64,000 bases of DNA, taken from Pelagomonas calceolata (Eukaryota). The stretch spans positions 2,976,001 to 3,040,000 of the forward strand of contig CAKKNE010000003.1 of the NCBI GenBank assembly GCA_918797485.1, in the 5' to 3' direction. The notes below the pieces were generated by a model that was not told the DNA's origin, did no database searches, and saw nothing but the letters and a program-made list of their open reading frames with translations. Made by a program: the position numbers and the translations under genes. Shown one piece after another: positions 1-10,746 of this stretch. Position 1 is the stretch's first letter. Every line of letters begins with the position of its first letter.

Positions 1-112
1 ATAGAAAGAGGTCTCCCGAGGCCCGCGTCGCCCCCCCAAGGCCGCCATCTACGCCGCCGAGGCGACGTGAACCTCAAAATATTAGTAAAAACAAGTTACC
101 CGGCACCACTCC

Positions 113-1228
113 CTAGGTCCCCGAGTCCTTCTGCGGCAGCTTCCGGCCCTCCCAGTCCTTCCACTCCATCCCGGCCGGCGCCTGGCGGACCGACGGGTCC
201 TCGTAGTCCGTCTTCTCGACGTCGCCCCAGTTTGTGGAGAGGACCGTGCCGCCGGACGTCTGGAAGGACTTGTTCATGGCCCGCCGCGTCTCCGGCGTCG
301 CCTTGCCGTAAATCTCGGCGAAGAGTTTATTGAGGGCCTCCTCGCCCTCGGGCTTGTCCTTCTCGAGCTCGGCCTCCATTTCTTTTTCCAAACGGTTCCA
401 GTCGCGCTGCGACGCGTAGGGCGTCGCCGTTGAGGTTGTTGATTGGACCGGCCGCCGCGTCGGCGGGATGATCTTCTTCTCCCCTATCAAATCGCCCTTG
501 AGCAGCTCGTTCCAGTTGAACTGCTCCTTCTTCTTGAGCTTGATGTCGACCTTGCTGTTGTAGTGTTTTACCTTGCAGTCCTCCACGACTACTGGATCAT
601 ATAACTCGCCACTAATCACAGTCATCTCCGTATCATTCTTTCGTACCTTCACGACGAGCGTCTTCTCGCGAATATCAATCGTACAATCCTCCTCTTTTAT
701 TTGTTGCGCCAAGAGCGTGATCGTGACGTGGGACGACGTCTGGTAGTATTGATACTTGATCGTACAAGGCACTACTTTTAAACCCGAATTGGTTGGTAGC
801 GGTGCGGTCGCGATGGGCTGGGCTTGTGTCGGGACGTTCTCCTCCTCGTCGTCGTCGTCGTCGTCGCTCGCCTCGAGCTCCGCCTCGCATTTCCGCAGCC
901 ACATCGCGTACTTCCGCGCGTCGATCAAATTCGGGTCGCAGGCCTTCAGGCCCGCCTGGAACGCGTCGAGGGCGCTCTCGAACTCGTCCAATTCGAAACA
1001 AGCGACGCCCTTTCTGTATAACGAGGGCTCATGAGTAGGGTCGAGCTTGAGCGCGGCGGCCGCGTCCTGGAGCGCGTCCGTGAAGCGCCTCTCTCGAATG
1101 TGGAGCGCCGCGCGGCCGGCGTAGGCCGCCGCCGTCGGCGCCTCCTGGATGCTCCTTTCAAAAGCTATGAGTGCGGCCGCCGGGTTGTCGTCGCAGACAT
1201 GCTGGTTGGCTAGTGCTAGCTGGGCCAT
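113..1228 (-). CDS. SGT1: SGT1 co-chaperone (TPR-CS-SGS)
   Basis: N-terminal TPR-like helices, CS domain (YQYYQTSSHVTITL), SGS motifs GEEALNKLFAEIYG and RRAMNKSFQTSGGTVLSTNW; ATG taken at 1228. Confidence 0.93.
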   Translation of the reverse strand: MAQLALANQHVCDDNPAAALIAFERSIQEAPTAAAYAGRAALHIRERRFTDALQDAAAALKLDPTHEPSLYRKGVACFELDEFESALDAFQAGLKACDPNLIDARKYAMWLRKCEAELEASDDDDDDEEENVPTQAQPIATAPLPTNSGLKVVPCTIKYQYYQTSSHVTITLLAQQIKEEDCTIDIREKTLVVKVRKNDTEMTVISGELYDPVVVEDCKVKHYNSKVDIKLKKKEQFNWNELLKGDLIGEKKIIPPTRRPVQSTTSTATPYASQRDWNRLEKEMEAELEKDKPEGEEALNKLFAEIYGKATPETRRAMNKSFQTSGGTVLSTNWGDVEKTDYEDPSVRQAPAGMEWKDWEGRKLPQKDSGT

Positions 1229-1611
1229 TCTGCTTCGGGCGCTGCGCAGCGGGCGGTCGCGATGCAGCGTCAGCGGAAGTGTTGCCTTGCCCAGGTACAC
1301 TCTGGACTGCTCTTCTTCGTTTTTCGAGATCTATCAGCTTAGCGTCTGTAAACACACTAGCAAAAACACCAAGCACTAGCAAAAACGCCGTGCTCCTGGG
1401 AGACCTTTCAAACTTTTCAGAAGAGTCCTGCATGCAATAATCTTGCTCAAAAGCGACAAGTGAGTCGAGCGCGCGTGCGCCGATCTGCGAGGTTGTAAAG
1501 CAGCACATTCATTTGATTAGTTGCAAGAAATATTGGCATTTGATTGCTGCTATAATTCTCTCAGCGATTTCGACAAGCATTTTGCAACACAGCAGCACCT
1601 TGGAGGCAAAA

Positions 1612-2421
1612 ATGCGCCTCATCGTGCTTGTCAGCATTGCCAACGCCGTCGTATCGATGCGACCGATGCAAAAGACGATGCAAAAGGCATTGCGGAAGGC
1701 CGTCGCACCGACGGCCGCCGCAATTGCACTGCTCGGCGGTAGTACTGCAGCCAACGCGGCACTGCGAGAAGACGTTGTCGAGCTCGCGGACGCGAGCTAC
1801 CCCATCCTCAAGCAGTTCAAGCCCGAGGCCTTTCAGCCCTTCGTGGGTAAAGTAAGCGCCATCCTCGTCAAGTCGCCGGAGTTCGCGGCAACCGTCGACG
1901 CCGCGCTCGACTGGTTCAACAGCGTGCCCGACGCCAACGTAGCCAAGACGACGGACGCGGTCAAGGCCGCGATGGACGGCCTGGACCCGGCGAGCTGCGA
2001 TCTGATTCCGCTCCCGTCGACCGAAAGTTGGGAGGCTTTTGCTGCTAAGGCAACCGCGGGCGCCGACGCGGGAAAGCTCAAGACGTTCGCGGACCGCGCG
2101 GCGCCCGTCGTCGCCGCCCTGAAGCGTGCCGACGGCGACCGCGTGTGTTTGCCTCCAGTCGCAAAGCTCGAGACCGCCGCGCTGGCCCAGGCCGACGCCG
2201 CGGCGGCGGCTTCGAGCGGCGCCGGCGCGAAGTTCAACGCACAGGCCGGCAAGTACGGCGCGTCCCTGCCCAAGGGGCCGCTCATCCAGCTCTTCGGCGG
2301 CTACGAGGGCGCGAAGCAGACGCTCGGCGCGAGCCGCGAGGACCGCGCGCGCTTCGAACGGGCCGGCAAAATCGTCGAGCAGCGGGCGACGGTTCTGTCG
2401 CGGCAGATGAAGGGGATGTGA
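1612..2421 (+). CDS. Thylakoid-lumen-targeted protein, possibly peridinin-chlorophyll-protein (PCP)-like
   Basis: Signal peptide, transit peptide and hydrophobic lumen-transfer peptide ending ANA; mature start ELADASYPILKQ resembles the PCP KLxDASYxFxKE start. Confidence 0.5.
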   Translation: MRLIVLVSIANAVVSMRPMQKTMQKALRKAVAPTAAAIALLGGSTAANAALREDVVELADASYPILKQFKPEAFQPFVGKVSAILVKSPEFAATVDAALDWFNSVPDANVAKTTDAVKAAMDGLDPASCDLIPLPSTESWEAFAAKATAGADAGKLKTFADRAAPVVAALKRADGDRVCLPPVAKLETAALAQADAAAAASSGAGAKFNAQAGKYGASLPKGPLIQLFGGYEGAKQTLGASREDRARFERAGKIVEQRATVLSRQMKGM

Positions 2422-2468
2422 TAATTTCCGGGGCTTACTTGTTCAAACGACGCCCCGCGATACACCCC

Positions 2469-3638
2469 CTACGCCGATTTCTTCGTCGCCTTCGCGGCCG
2501 CCGCGCTGCTGGCCTCGGTCACCTTGGCGACGACCTGGTCCGTGAGCTTGTACTCGGCGTTGAGCTCGAGGCCCTTGTCGATGGCCTTGGCCGAGAGGTC
2601 GCCGGCGTAGCCGAGGGCCTGCTTGCCCTTCTCGACGAGGTCGTACTCCTTGTCGAGCTCGTTGAATTTCGACGTGGCCTTGGACAGGGCGTCCTCGACC
2701 TTGGCGATGGTCTCGCCCGAGGAGCCCGCCTTCAGCTTGTTGAGCTGGTCCTTGAGCTGCGCGCCGGCCTTGTCCGTGAGGTCGTACTTGCCGTTGATTT
2801 TGAGGAGGAAGTTGTAGACGTCGAGGCTGACCTTGCCAACGCCGCGGACGACCTCGCCGACCTGCGTTCGGGCGCGGGGTGTTGTTGACGGGCTTCGTCT
2901 CTCGCGTGGCTCGTCGCTGCCAGCCCCGGCGGGAAGGGCGCCTCTCCGGCCCGCGCCGCGGCCGCGACGGCCCGCAAGTGCCGTCTCGGGCCGGCGCCAC
3001 GAGGCCAGGACGGCACATGCAGGGCCAGCGGCGCGGAGACGGCGCTCGCGTGCCCGTCCTGGCCGCAGCGGGCCCCGGAGCTGGGCCAGGAGGCAACCCC
3101 GGGCCGGAGGACGGCGGCCGCAGCGCGCCCCGCATCAGCAGGCACGCGCGCGCGGCGCCGCGCCCGCCGGGGGCGGCGGCGGCGCCGCGCGCGGCCGCGC
3201 GCGCCGCCAGGTGGCGCCCTTTATATCACCATACAACCCGGTTTCGCGGCGCGGCGCCGCCGCGCCACGCTGCCGTAGGGCCACGCATGCGGCTGATCAA
3301 GTGAAGGCAGCACCGCGCGCGCGGAACGCCGCCAAACGGGGCGGAAACGCGCCTGACATGCGCGACCGGTTCCGGACGCCGCTTCATACCTCGGACTCCT
3401 GGTTCGCCGCGTAGTTGCCGGCCGCCGCCGTGAGCGCGCCGAAGACCGGGCCGCCCACCAGGAAGCCGGCGCCGCCGGCCGTGACGGCCGAAGAGGTTTT
3501 GATGGAGTCCTCGTTCACAGGGACCAGCTCCGCGTCGCCGGCCATCCGCAGCTGGCTCCGGGCCGCCGGCGCCGCCGGCGGCACGAGGGCGACAGCGCCC
3601 CGTGCTGCGCACACCGCCAGGAGCGCGAACCGAGCCAT
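2469..3638 (-). CDS. Plastid-targeted protein of unknown function, 2 exons (intron 2862-3389)
   Basis: MARFALLAVCAARGAVALVPP presequence; GT..CAG splice joins NQESE|VGEVVRGVGK into an open helical C-terminal region ending TAG at 2469. Confidence 0.8.
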
Positions 3639-3854
3639 TTTTACCGTCGTCTCTGCCAAAAGCTGTGGGATCCGGTTTCGGGTTTTGAGATTTTTTGGGA
3701 TGCTTCCATAGCCCTCCGGCTTGGGGCCAGCCGTCATCAAACAACGCGGGGCCGCGCGGGAGGCCTCGCGAGGAACAGTCGAGCCCCCGAGAGGCTCGCT
3801 TTTACGCTTTTGACGGCCTTGCCTCGCCGCTCATTGAGGGGCCAGCGCGGCGCC

Positions 3855-4571
3855 ATGAAGGGCGAAGCGGAGCCCGAGCAGGTGCTGCTCGTATGCTGCG
3901 GCGCCGATCTACAACTTACGTCGGACGGAAGGGGGCGCCTTGCACCATGGGGAGGAGGGCAGCCCCCGAGGAAGGCAATCGCGGCCGGGGCTGCCCCGCT
4001 CCCCCCCGTCGTCGCGCGGCGCCGCGGCGCCGGCGGCGCGGCCCGGCCGTCGTCGCGTCGGCGCCAGCGACCGCCGCCGCGCGCGAGCGACGGGCGCGCG
4101 AACGCGAGAGCACGAGAGCGCGAGAGAGACCCCAGGACCACGCGAGCGAGCGAGAGCGACGAGCGCGAGCGCAACGGCAAAACCCCCGCGCAGGAGAAGC
4201 CCCGCGTGCGCGATGAGCGCCAGTCACGGCCGTCGACGCTGAAGGAGATGAACGCGCAGCGGGGCTACAGCCCCTACAAGTGCATTTATAATAGAAGCGA
4301 CGGCACGCAGTGCGAGTGGAACATCGCCTGCTATTTAAGTTGTGAGGACCTGGGCATCATCTGCTCGCTGTTCATCGTGCTCTGGGCCTGCCTGCTCGGC
4401 ATCTACACGCTGCTGCTCAAGGCTGCTTTAGATACCGACGAGAAGGACACTGCTTTGTGGATCTTCTTCGCCTTCGGCGTGCTCTTCACGATGTTCGTGG
4501 CCGGCGCGGTCGGCATGAACCAGGTCGAGGAGGCGCTCAACGAGAAGTACAACCCGAAGGAGGACGCCTGA
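3855..4571 (+). CDS. Small 2-TM membrane protein; probable intron 3891-4193
   Basis: Two hydrophobic segments near the C-terminus; GTATGC donor and GCGCAG acceptor remove a low-complexity stretch in phase 0. Confidence 0.6.
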   Translation: MKGEAEPEQVLLVCCGADLQLTSDGRGRLAPWGGGQPPRKAIAAGAAPLPPVVARRRGAGGAARPSSRRRQRPPPRASDGRANARARERERDPRTTRASESDERERNGKTPAQEKPRVRDERQSRPSTLKEMNAQRGYSPYKCIYNRSDGTQCEWNIACYLSCEDLGIICSLFIVLWACLLGIYTLLLKAALDTDEKDTALWIFFAFGVLFTMFVAGAVGMNQVEEALNEKYNPKEDA

Positions 4572-4610
4572 GATCTTTGTAACAATACTTATAGACATAA
4601 CAGTCGCGCC

Positions 4611-5822
4611 TCACCCCTCGCGGAGCAGCCGCGTCGCCGGATGGGTCGCATTGTCCAGCGTCGCGGCCCAGGCCGCCATATAGGCGGGCGACGCGTCCCG
4701 GCCAAAGCCGACGCGCACGTGGCCGTCGCCCGCGCCGAAGACCGTGGAGGGCAGCAGCATGATGCCGTCGTCCGACCGCACGAGCGCCTCCGCGTATTGA
4801 CTCGCCGAGCCGCGGCGGAGCCGCACCCAGCCTATGGGACCGGCGGCCGGGCCCCAGGAGAGCACGTCTTCGTGCCGCGCCAGCACCGCTTCGACGGCGC
4901 GCCGGCCGGCGTCGACGTAGGCGTTCGCCCTCTGCCACAAGTGGTCCCGATTTTGCAACGCCGCCACCGCCAAGATTTGGGAGGGCGCCGACGAGCAGAT
5001 CGTCGTGTAGTCCCGGAGCTCGGCGACGCGTCGCAGAAAGCGGACGTCCCGCGTCGCGAGCCACCCGATCCGCACGCCGGGCATGCCCATGCTCTTCGAC
5101 AGCCCGCCGAGGCTGATACCCTTGTCGTAGGCCGTCGCCGCGCTCTCGAGCGTCCTCGGGCCGAGGCCCCGGTAGATCTCGTCGGCGAAAAGGTACGCGC
5201 CGCGTGCCTCGCAAATGGCGACGATGCGTTCCCACTCCTCCGTAGACGGCAATGCACCGGTCGGATTGTGCGGGAAGTTCACACTTACAACCTTGAGGTT
5301 CGGCGTCGCGTCGCACGCCTTCACAAGGTCGTCGACGTCGAAGCGCGCGCCGCTCTCGTCCACGCGACATTGCCAGAAGGTCACCGCGCCGCCGGCCTGC
5401 TCGGCGCACGTGTGGAACGACTGGTAGCCCGGCGCCGTGCAGACGACGCCGTCGCCCGGCTCCAGCAGCGCCGCGTACGCCAGCAAGATGCCCTCCTGCG
5501 GGGCGACCTCCTGGAAGCAGTGTGGCTCCAGGCCGTACGCCTCCGCGAGGAGCGCGAGCATCGCGGGATGGCCCTTGACTTCCGTATAGCCCAGGCTCTG
5601 CTCGTCCCAGAGGCGCCGCGTCTCGGCGTCCATGAGCGCGAGGACGTCGTTCAATGAAATGGCTTCGGTGTCGCTGCTGCACGCCGAGATCTTGCACGAG
5701 AACTCGTGCTCGGCGAAATAGCGCTCGAGCGCGAAGGGCGGCGTGCGCGCGAGTGCGAGGCGCGAGAGGTCGCGGCGGCCACGCGGCATGAGTCGCGAAA
5801 AGTGGCGGCACCGCTGCAGCAT
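4611..5822 (-). CDS. PLP-dependent aminotransferase class I/II (capreomycidine-synthase-like), probable mitochondrial presequence
   Basis: NFPHNPTG, ADEIYRGL, GLSKSMGMPGVRIGW motifs; Arg-rich N-terminus. Confidence 0.88.
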   Translation of the reverse strand: MLQRCRHFSRLMPRGRRDLSRLALARTPPFALERYFAEHEFSCKISACSSDTEAISLNDVLALMDAETRRLWDEQSLGYTEVKGHPAMLALLAEAYGLEPHCFQEVAPQEGILLAYAALLEPGDGVVCTAPGYQSFHTCAEQAGGAVTFWQCRVDESGARFDVDDLVKACDATPNLKVVSVNFPHNPTGALPSTEEWERIVAICEARGAYLFADEIYRGLGPRTLESAATAYDKGISLGGLSKSMGMPGVRIGWLATRDVRFLRRVAELRDYTTICSSAPSQILAVAALQNRDHLWQRANAYVDAGRRAVEAVLARHEDVLSWGPAAGPIGWVRLRRGSASQYAEALVRSDDGIMLLPSTVFGAGDGHVRVGFGRDASPAYMAAWAATLDNATHPATRLLREG

Positions 5823-6142
5823 GGCTCTGGCCTCCCAAATACGGGCGGATTACTCACGTATAGTATGCCGGAGTTTGGCTGCGCGCGGCGCGAAAAACCC
5901 GTGCTCAAACCCCCCATGCACGTAATTTGGGGCCATAGGTCACATTTTGACGTGATTTGGCTCGGACCTATAGCCAGGCTTCTTGCTGAACGCTGTGCGC
6001 GATCTCTGGCCAGCCCAGTGGTGGCCAAAGCTCTCCAGCTCTCCCAGCTTCAAAAATCAGCTGGGCCTAAAAAAGCAGCAGCACAATCACCGAAGCTGCG
6101 CGACAGGCATATACATTGCAAAAGCGGCGCGGCAGACAACCA

Positions 6143-6985
6143 ATGTCGACAGCACTTGACTTCGGCGCCGCGCTCGCCGCCGCGAAGCGCGAGGCGCGCA
6201 AGCAGCGCGCCGCGAACCCGCCGCCGCCGCCGACCGCCGCCGTCGCGGTGCCGCCGCCGCTGCCGGCGGCGCCGCCGACGATCCGCTACGCGGCCGAGTT
6301 CGTCGACGAGCGCGAGGCGCGCGCGCTGGCCACGGTGTTGCGACGGCTGGACGGCTGGGCGCCGCTGCCGCGGCGGCGCCTGCTGAGCGTGGGCGGCACG
6401 CCGCACCCGGACGGGGCCTGGACGGAGCCGCTGCCGCCGTGCCTGCGCGCGCTCGCGCGGCGCGCCGCCGCGTTCTTCCCCGACGGGCGGCTCCCGGACC
6501 AGGCGCTCGTCAACGAGTACGTCGAGGGCTCGGGCATCGCTTCGCACGCGGACGGGCCCCTCTACGAGCCGTGCGCGGTGATCGTGAGTCTGGAGTCGAG
6601 CGCGCGCCTCGACTTCTTCACGGACGGCGACGAGCGCGTGGCGTCGGTGCTGCTGCGGCCGCGGAGCGTCGTAGCCTTCGCGGACGCCGCGTATCTCTCG
6701 CTGAAGCACGGTATCGCCGCGGCGCGCGCGGATACGGTCGACGACCGCGTGTGCAACGGCGCGGCGGCGGGATGCGCCGTCGGCGACGTCGTGGCGCGGG
6801 CGCCGAGCCGGCTCTCCGTCACGTTCCGACGGCTCAAGCGCGTCGCACGGCGCCTCGACGGCGTCGACGCGTCGCTGCTGCACGACGAGGACCGCGTGGA
6901 GCTGGAGCGGCGGCGGCGATGGTGGGCGAAGTCGATCGCCGACGACGCGCTGCCGAGCCCTCCTGCGTCTCCTCCAGGGGAGTAA
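6143..6985 (+). CDS. AlkB-family 2OG-Fe(II) dioxygenase, ALKBH6-like
   Basis: ALVNEYVEGSGIASHADGPLY (HxD), LKHGI and RLSVTFR motifs. Confidence 0.85.
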   Translation: MSTALDFGAALAAAKREARKQRAANPPPPPTAAVAVPPPLPAAPPTIRYAAEFVDEREARALATVLRRLDGWAPLPRRRLLSVGGTPHPDGAWTEPLPPCLRALARRAAAFFPDGRLPDQALVNEYVEGSGIASHADGPLYEPCAVIVSLESSARLDFFTDGDERVASVLLRPRSVVAFADAAYLSLKHGIAAARADTVDDRVCNGAAAGCAVGDVVARAPSRLSVTFRRLKRVARRLDGVDASLLHDEDRVELERRRRWWAKSIADDALPSPPASPPGE

Positions 6986-7070
6986 CTTGTGTGTGAGCGT
7001 CAGGGAGATTGTGTTGTGGACGGCCCGGGCTTTTTCGCTCGCGCGGCGACTCGATGTACAACTACAGTCC

Positions 7071-7126
7071 AGGCTCAGGCTAGTTACGTCGCGGTTCCCC
7101 GTACCCCTCCCGCTCCCCCCGGGCCC
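7071..7126 (+). repeat. Dispersed repeat family A, copy 1
   Basis: aggctcaggctagttacgtcgcggttccccgtacccctcccgc recurs at 24111 and, reverse-complemented, at 30067-30125. Confidence 0.85.
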
Positions 7127-7243
7127 CCCGTCCGGCTGGACCGAATTGCTAGTGACTTTACAGTCCGCTAGCACCGATTTCGAGGTTGCGTAACTTGGGT
7201 ATGCCGTCTTTCGTTCAGATAGAGCAAGTCAATAGCAATACTC

Positions 7244-8061
7244 ATGACCTCAATCCTAGCTGAGAGCCTGGGGATCCTCTGGTCCGGCGGCCGCGGCAAG
7301 CAGAAGAACAAAAACAAAGAGCAAAATGGAGGAGACAAGTGGGAGATCGTGTACTGGGCGGCGGCGCCTTCCGAGGCCGCGCGGAACTCGTCAAGCTCGT
7401 CTTCGCCGCGGCGGACGTAAAGTACACGATGCAAGGGGATGGGATCCCCGAAATCATCGCGGCGTACCCCAAGGAGCCGACGCCGGTCGCGACGATTCTC
7501 GCCAAGACGCCCAAGCACTTTGCGCCGCCGATCCTGCGCAACACGGCTACGGGGTTCGAGCTCTCGCAGACGCCAGCCATTTTGGAATACCTCGGCGAGA
7601 AGTTCGGCCTGGTCCCGCATTCGCCCGAGGACAAAGCCCGGGCGCAGCAAGTAACCCTCTCGGCCTGCGACTTCCTCGCCGACGGCCGCGCGCCCTTCCA
7701 CCCCGTCAAGCCCACGGAGTCCTACTCCGTCCAGATGGACGAGGCTAAAGTCGCCGTCGCGGAATTTGTGAAGGACGGAGGACGCCTGGACCGCTGGCTC
7801 GCGCACTTCGTTACATTAATTGACAATAGACCGGGCGGCCGCTACTTGTTTGGAGACACGACCACCTACGCGGACTGCGCGCTCTTCCACGTCCTCGACG
7901 CGGCGATGAGCCAGTTCCCGGACGCCTGGGACGAGCCGTCGCGCGAAAAGCTCCGCGCGACGCTCGAGCCGTACATGAAGCTCATCACGATGCACGTGAC
8001 GCTCGGCGCCTACCTCAAGGCCGACGACCGCGCGCCCTGGGCCGGCGACTCGATGATGTAA
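7244..8061 (+). CDS. Glutathione S-transferase with apparent 1-nt frameshift near 7357
   Basis: DKWEIVYW (frame from ATG 7244) and GAFRGRAELVKL...FAPPIL...LSQTPAILEYLG...TYADCALF lie in different frames. Confidence 0.8.
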
Positions 8062-8072
8062 GTACAGACACA

Positions 8073-10532
8073 TTAGATATCGACCCCGCCGTCGTCGTCG
8101 TCGGACGCGGCGTCGTCGTCGACGCGCGCGAGGCCCTCGGCCAGGGGCCCGGCCGCCGGCGGCACGGACGGCCACCACGCGTATTCACCTGAAAGCGCCA
8201 GCAGCGACGGCGTCACGAGCGCGCGCACGACGAAGGCGTCGAAGAGCACGGCGCACGTGAGCAGGAACGCCGCCTGGTTCAATATAGTTGTGGTGGAGAA
8301 GAATAAACCAGAGAACGCGACGGCCATGATCACCGCCGCCGACGAGATGACCGTGCCCGTCCGCGCGGCCGCCTCGACGCACGCGTCGCGGTCCGACAAT
8401 CGCCCCACGAAGCGGTACTCGTGGACCCTCGCTAGGAAGAAGATGTCATAATCCAAACCCAACCCGACGACGATCGTGAAACATAAGAGAGGCGCGAGCC
8501 ACGAGACGCCCCGGTCCGCCGTCCGCGTCGTGAGGAAGTCGATGGATAACCTGTGGTCCTGATATATCAAAACGCAGCAGCCGAAGGCGAAGGATAAAGT
8601 AAGTGCCAAACAAAGGACGCTCCGCGCCGCCACCAGCACCGATTTGAATGATAAGGAAAGCAACACGAAGACCACCCCCAACGTCGCGCCGACGACGCGC
8701 GGGAAGCTCGCGTACAGCGCGTCGACGACGTCGGAGAGGCCCGCCGCCGGGCCATTTATATATATTCCCGAAGTACATTTCTTGCGCGCTTTCTTGAGCC
8801 ATTTGAGGCCCCTATTACTATAGGGGTTGGCTCTCAGCGACACGGTGGCGCGGAAGGCGCTTTTCGTCACGGACGTCGCATATAAAGCTTTCAGCGAGAG
8901 GCACCAGTCAGAGCTGCTAAAAACACATGACGCGTAGTCGCTTACTGATAGGAGCGTCCCGTTTAGCGACGTCGGACCGGCGTAGGGCTCGCCCAGTGCC
9001 GTGAGGAACGCGTCAGCCTCCGTGATGGCAGCGTCCGTAAAAGGACCCTCAAACAACACGGTGTACGGCGCGACGGCGCCGGCCCCGAACGTTTTTCCGA
9101 GTCGATCCAGGGTCTTCTGCGGCTCCGAGGGCGACGGCGCGACCATGACCGGGTCGGCCACGGTCCTTAAATGAGTCGCCCTCGTGCACGCCGGCATCGT
9201 CACGGCGACCACTATGCACAAAGCGGCCACCGCGTATTTTGAATCGCGCCAGACGAGGTCCGACAAGAAGCGGAAGGGGTTCCTCTGTTTCGGTCTTGAT
9301 GGAGAGAGGGGAACGTAGTCCTCGTCGGTCGATCGGCGGACATACGTCAGAACCTTGCGCACGACCACGTCCTGCGCTCGGCACAGGCGCTCTCCACAAA
9401 CGTGTAACAACGCGGGAGACACGAGTAAATTGACGAGGACCGCACACGCCAAGCCGACGGCGACCGCCGCGCCGACGCCCCTGAGTATATTGTTCGGGAA
9501 GCACAGCAAACCCAAAAAACACGCTATCAATGTCGACCCGCTCACGACAATCGTCCGGCCCGCGCCCCGGTTGACCGCGTCGACGCGCGCCTCATTGGAG
9601 ACGCCAGCGCGCCTTGCTTCCAAATATCTGGAACACACAAATAACGAGTAGTCGAAGGAGATGGCCAGCGTCACCGTGAGCATGATCGACGGCACGAAGG
9701 GCGCGATGGTCATGGACTTCGCCAGCAACCTTACTACCACAAACTCGATGATCGTCGCCGTGAGCATGTTCACGACCGGCAGGACGAGTAATGGTACGCA
9801 AGCTAGCGTGAGGGCCATGACTAGCAGCGCGAGCGGCACGCTGACCTCGTCCACGGCACTCAGGTCCTTGCGCTCGCCCTCGACGCTCGCCCGGGCGAAG
9901 GCGTCGAAGCCCGTCGCTCCTACTTTGTAGTGATGGGGTTTTAGTGACTGCGCCTTGTCCTCGACGTATGCTACGAATTTGGAGGTGGCCGCCTGGCCCC
10001 GGCTTGCATCATACGTTATGACGAACTGCGCCGCTTCGGGGGACACGAAGTTCGCCGCGAGGTACGTGAGGTTGCGGTCTGCTAATAGACAGTACGACGC
10101 GAGCGGCGCCTTGAGGAACGATGCATGCTCCGTTTGTATGGACGCAGCCAGGGCGCGCTCGAAGCCGCACCATTCTTCGTAGGATGCGAGCAGGGGCCCC
10201 TCCGCGAGGACGACGAGCGTCGCGGCCTTGGACGACGCCGGGAACGCGCGCGCGATCGCGCGATTGGCCCGCTTGCTCGGCGAGCCCGGCGCTGCCGTGA
10301 CGGCGTTGCTGCACTCCCTCAGCAGGCCGGGCGCGAGCGGCGCGAGGGCCCAGGACAGCGCCGTCAGCGCGAGGATGGGCCACCGGTATTTGTGCGTGAG
10401 CCGCGTCCAGGCCTTGTGGACCTCCAGCGGCGCCGGCGCGGGCGCCTCGGGTTCCGACTCGGCCTCCTCGGAGAGGTCGACGGTCTCGACGCGCTCGGGT
10501 GGCGCTGGTGCTGGCGCGGCCTCCTCTGCCAT
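8073..10532 (-). CDS. MMPL/RND-family multi-pass transporter
   Basis: Two halves with AISFDYSLFVCSRYLE and GLGLDYDIFFLARVHE, TGTVISSAAVIM, DAFVVRALVTP. Confidence 0.88.
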   Translation of the reverse strand: MAEEAAPAPAPPERVETVDLSEEAESEPEAPAPAPLEVHKAWTRLTHKYRWPILALTALSWALAPLAPGLLRECSNAVTAAPGSPSKRANRAIARAFPASSKAATLVVLAEGPLLASYEEWCGFERALAASIQTEHASFLKAPLASYCLLADRNLTYLAANFVSPEAAQFVITYDASRGQAATSKFVAYVEDKAQSLKPHHYKVGATGFDAFARASVEGERKDLSAVDEVSVPLALLVMALTLACVPLLVLPVVNMLTATIIEFVVVRLLAKSMTIAPFVPSIMLTVTLAISFDYSLFVCSRYLEARRAGVSNEARVDAVNRGAGRTIVVSGSTLIACFLGLLCFPNNILRGVGAAVAVGLACAVLVNLLVSPALLHVCGERLCRAQDVVVRKVLTYVRRSTDEDYVPLSPSRPKQRNPFRFLSDLVWRDSKYAVAALCIVVAVTMPACTRATHLRTVADPVMVAPSPSEPQKTLDRLGKTFGAGAVAPYTVLFEGPFTDAAITEADAFLTALGEPYAGPTSLNGTLLSVSDYASCVFSSSDWCLSLKALYATSVTKSAFRATVSLRANPYSNRGLKWLKKARKKCTSGIYINGPAAGLSDVVDALYASFPRVVGATLGVVFVLLSLSFKSVLVAARSVLCLALTLSFAFGCCVLIYQDHRLSIDFLTTRTADRGVSWLAPLLCFTIVVGLGLDYDIFFLARVHEYRFVGRLSDRDACVEAAARTGTVISSAAVIMAVAFSGLFFSTTTILNQAAFLLTCAVLFDAFVVRALVTPSLLALSGEYAWWPSVPPAAGPLAEGLARVDDDAASDDDDGGVDI

Positions 10533-10746
10533 AGTGCTAGGGTTTCAGGCTGTGTGTGCCTCCTGGTGTGTGGAGGTCCACGTCGCGGGAAGAAATGAGA
10601 CTATCACACAGAGATATTCTCGGCAGTTCAGCTATGCGGTACGCAAGCCCTCGAGTCGCCGGAGGCAGCCAGGCTCAGTCAGGCGAAGGAGTAGTGTGGG
10701 CTAGAGCACAAACACACTAGCTTACAAATCCTCGTGAGGGGGGGAG

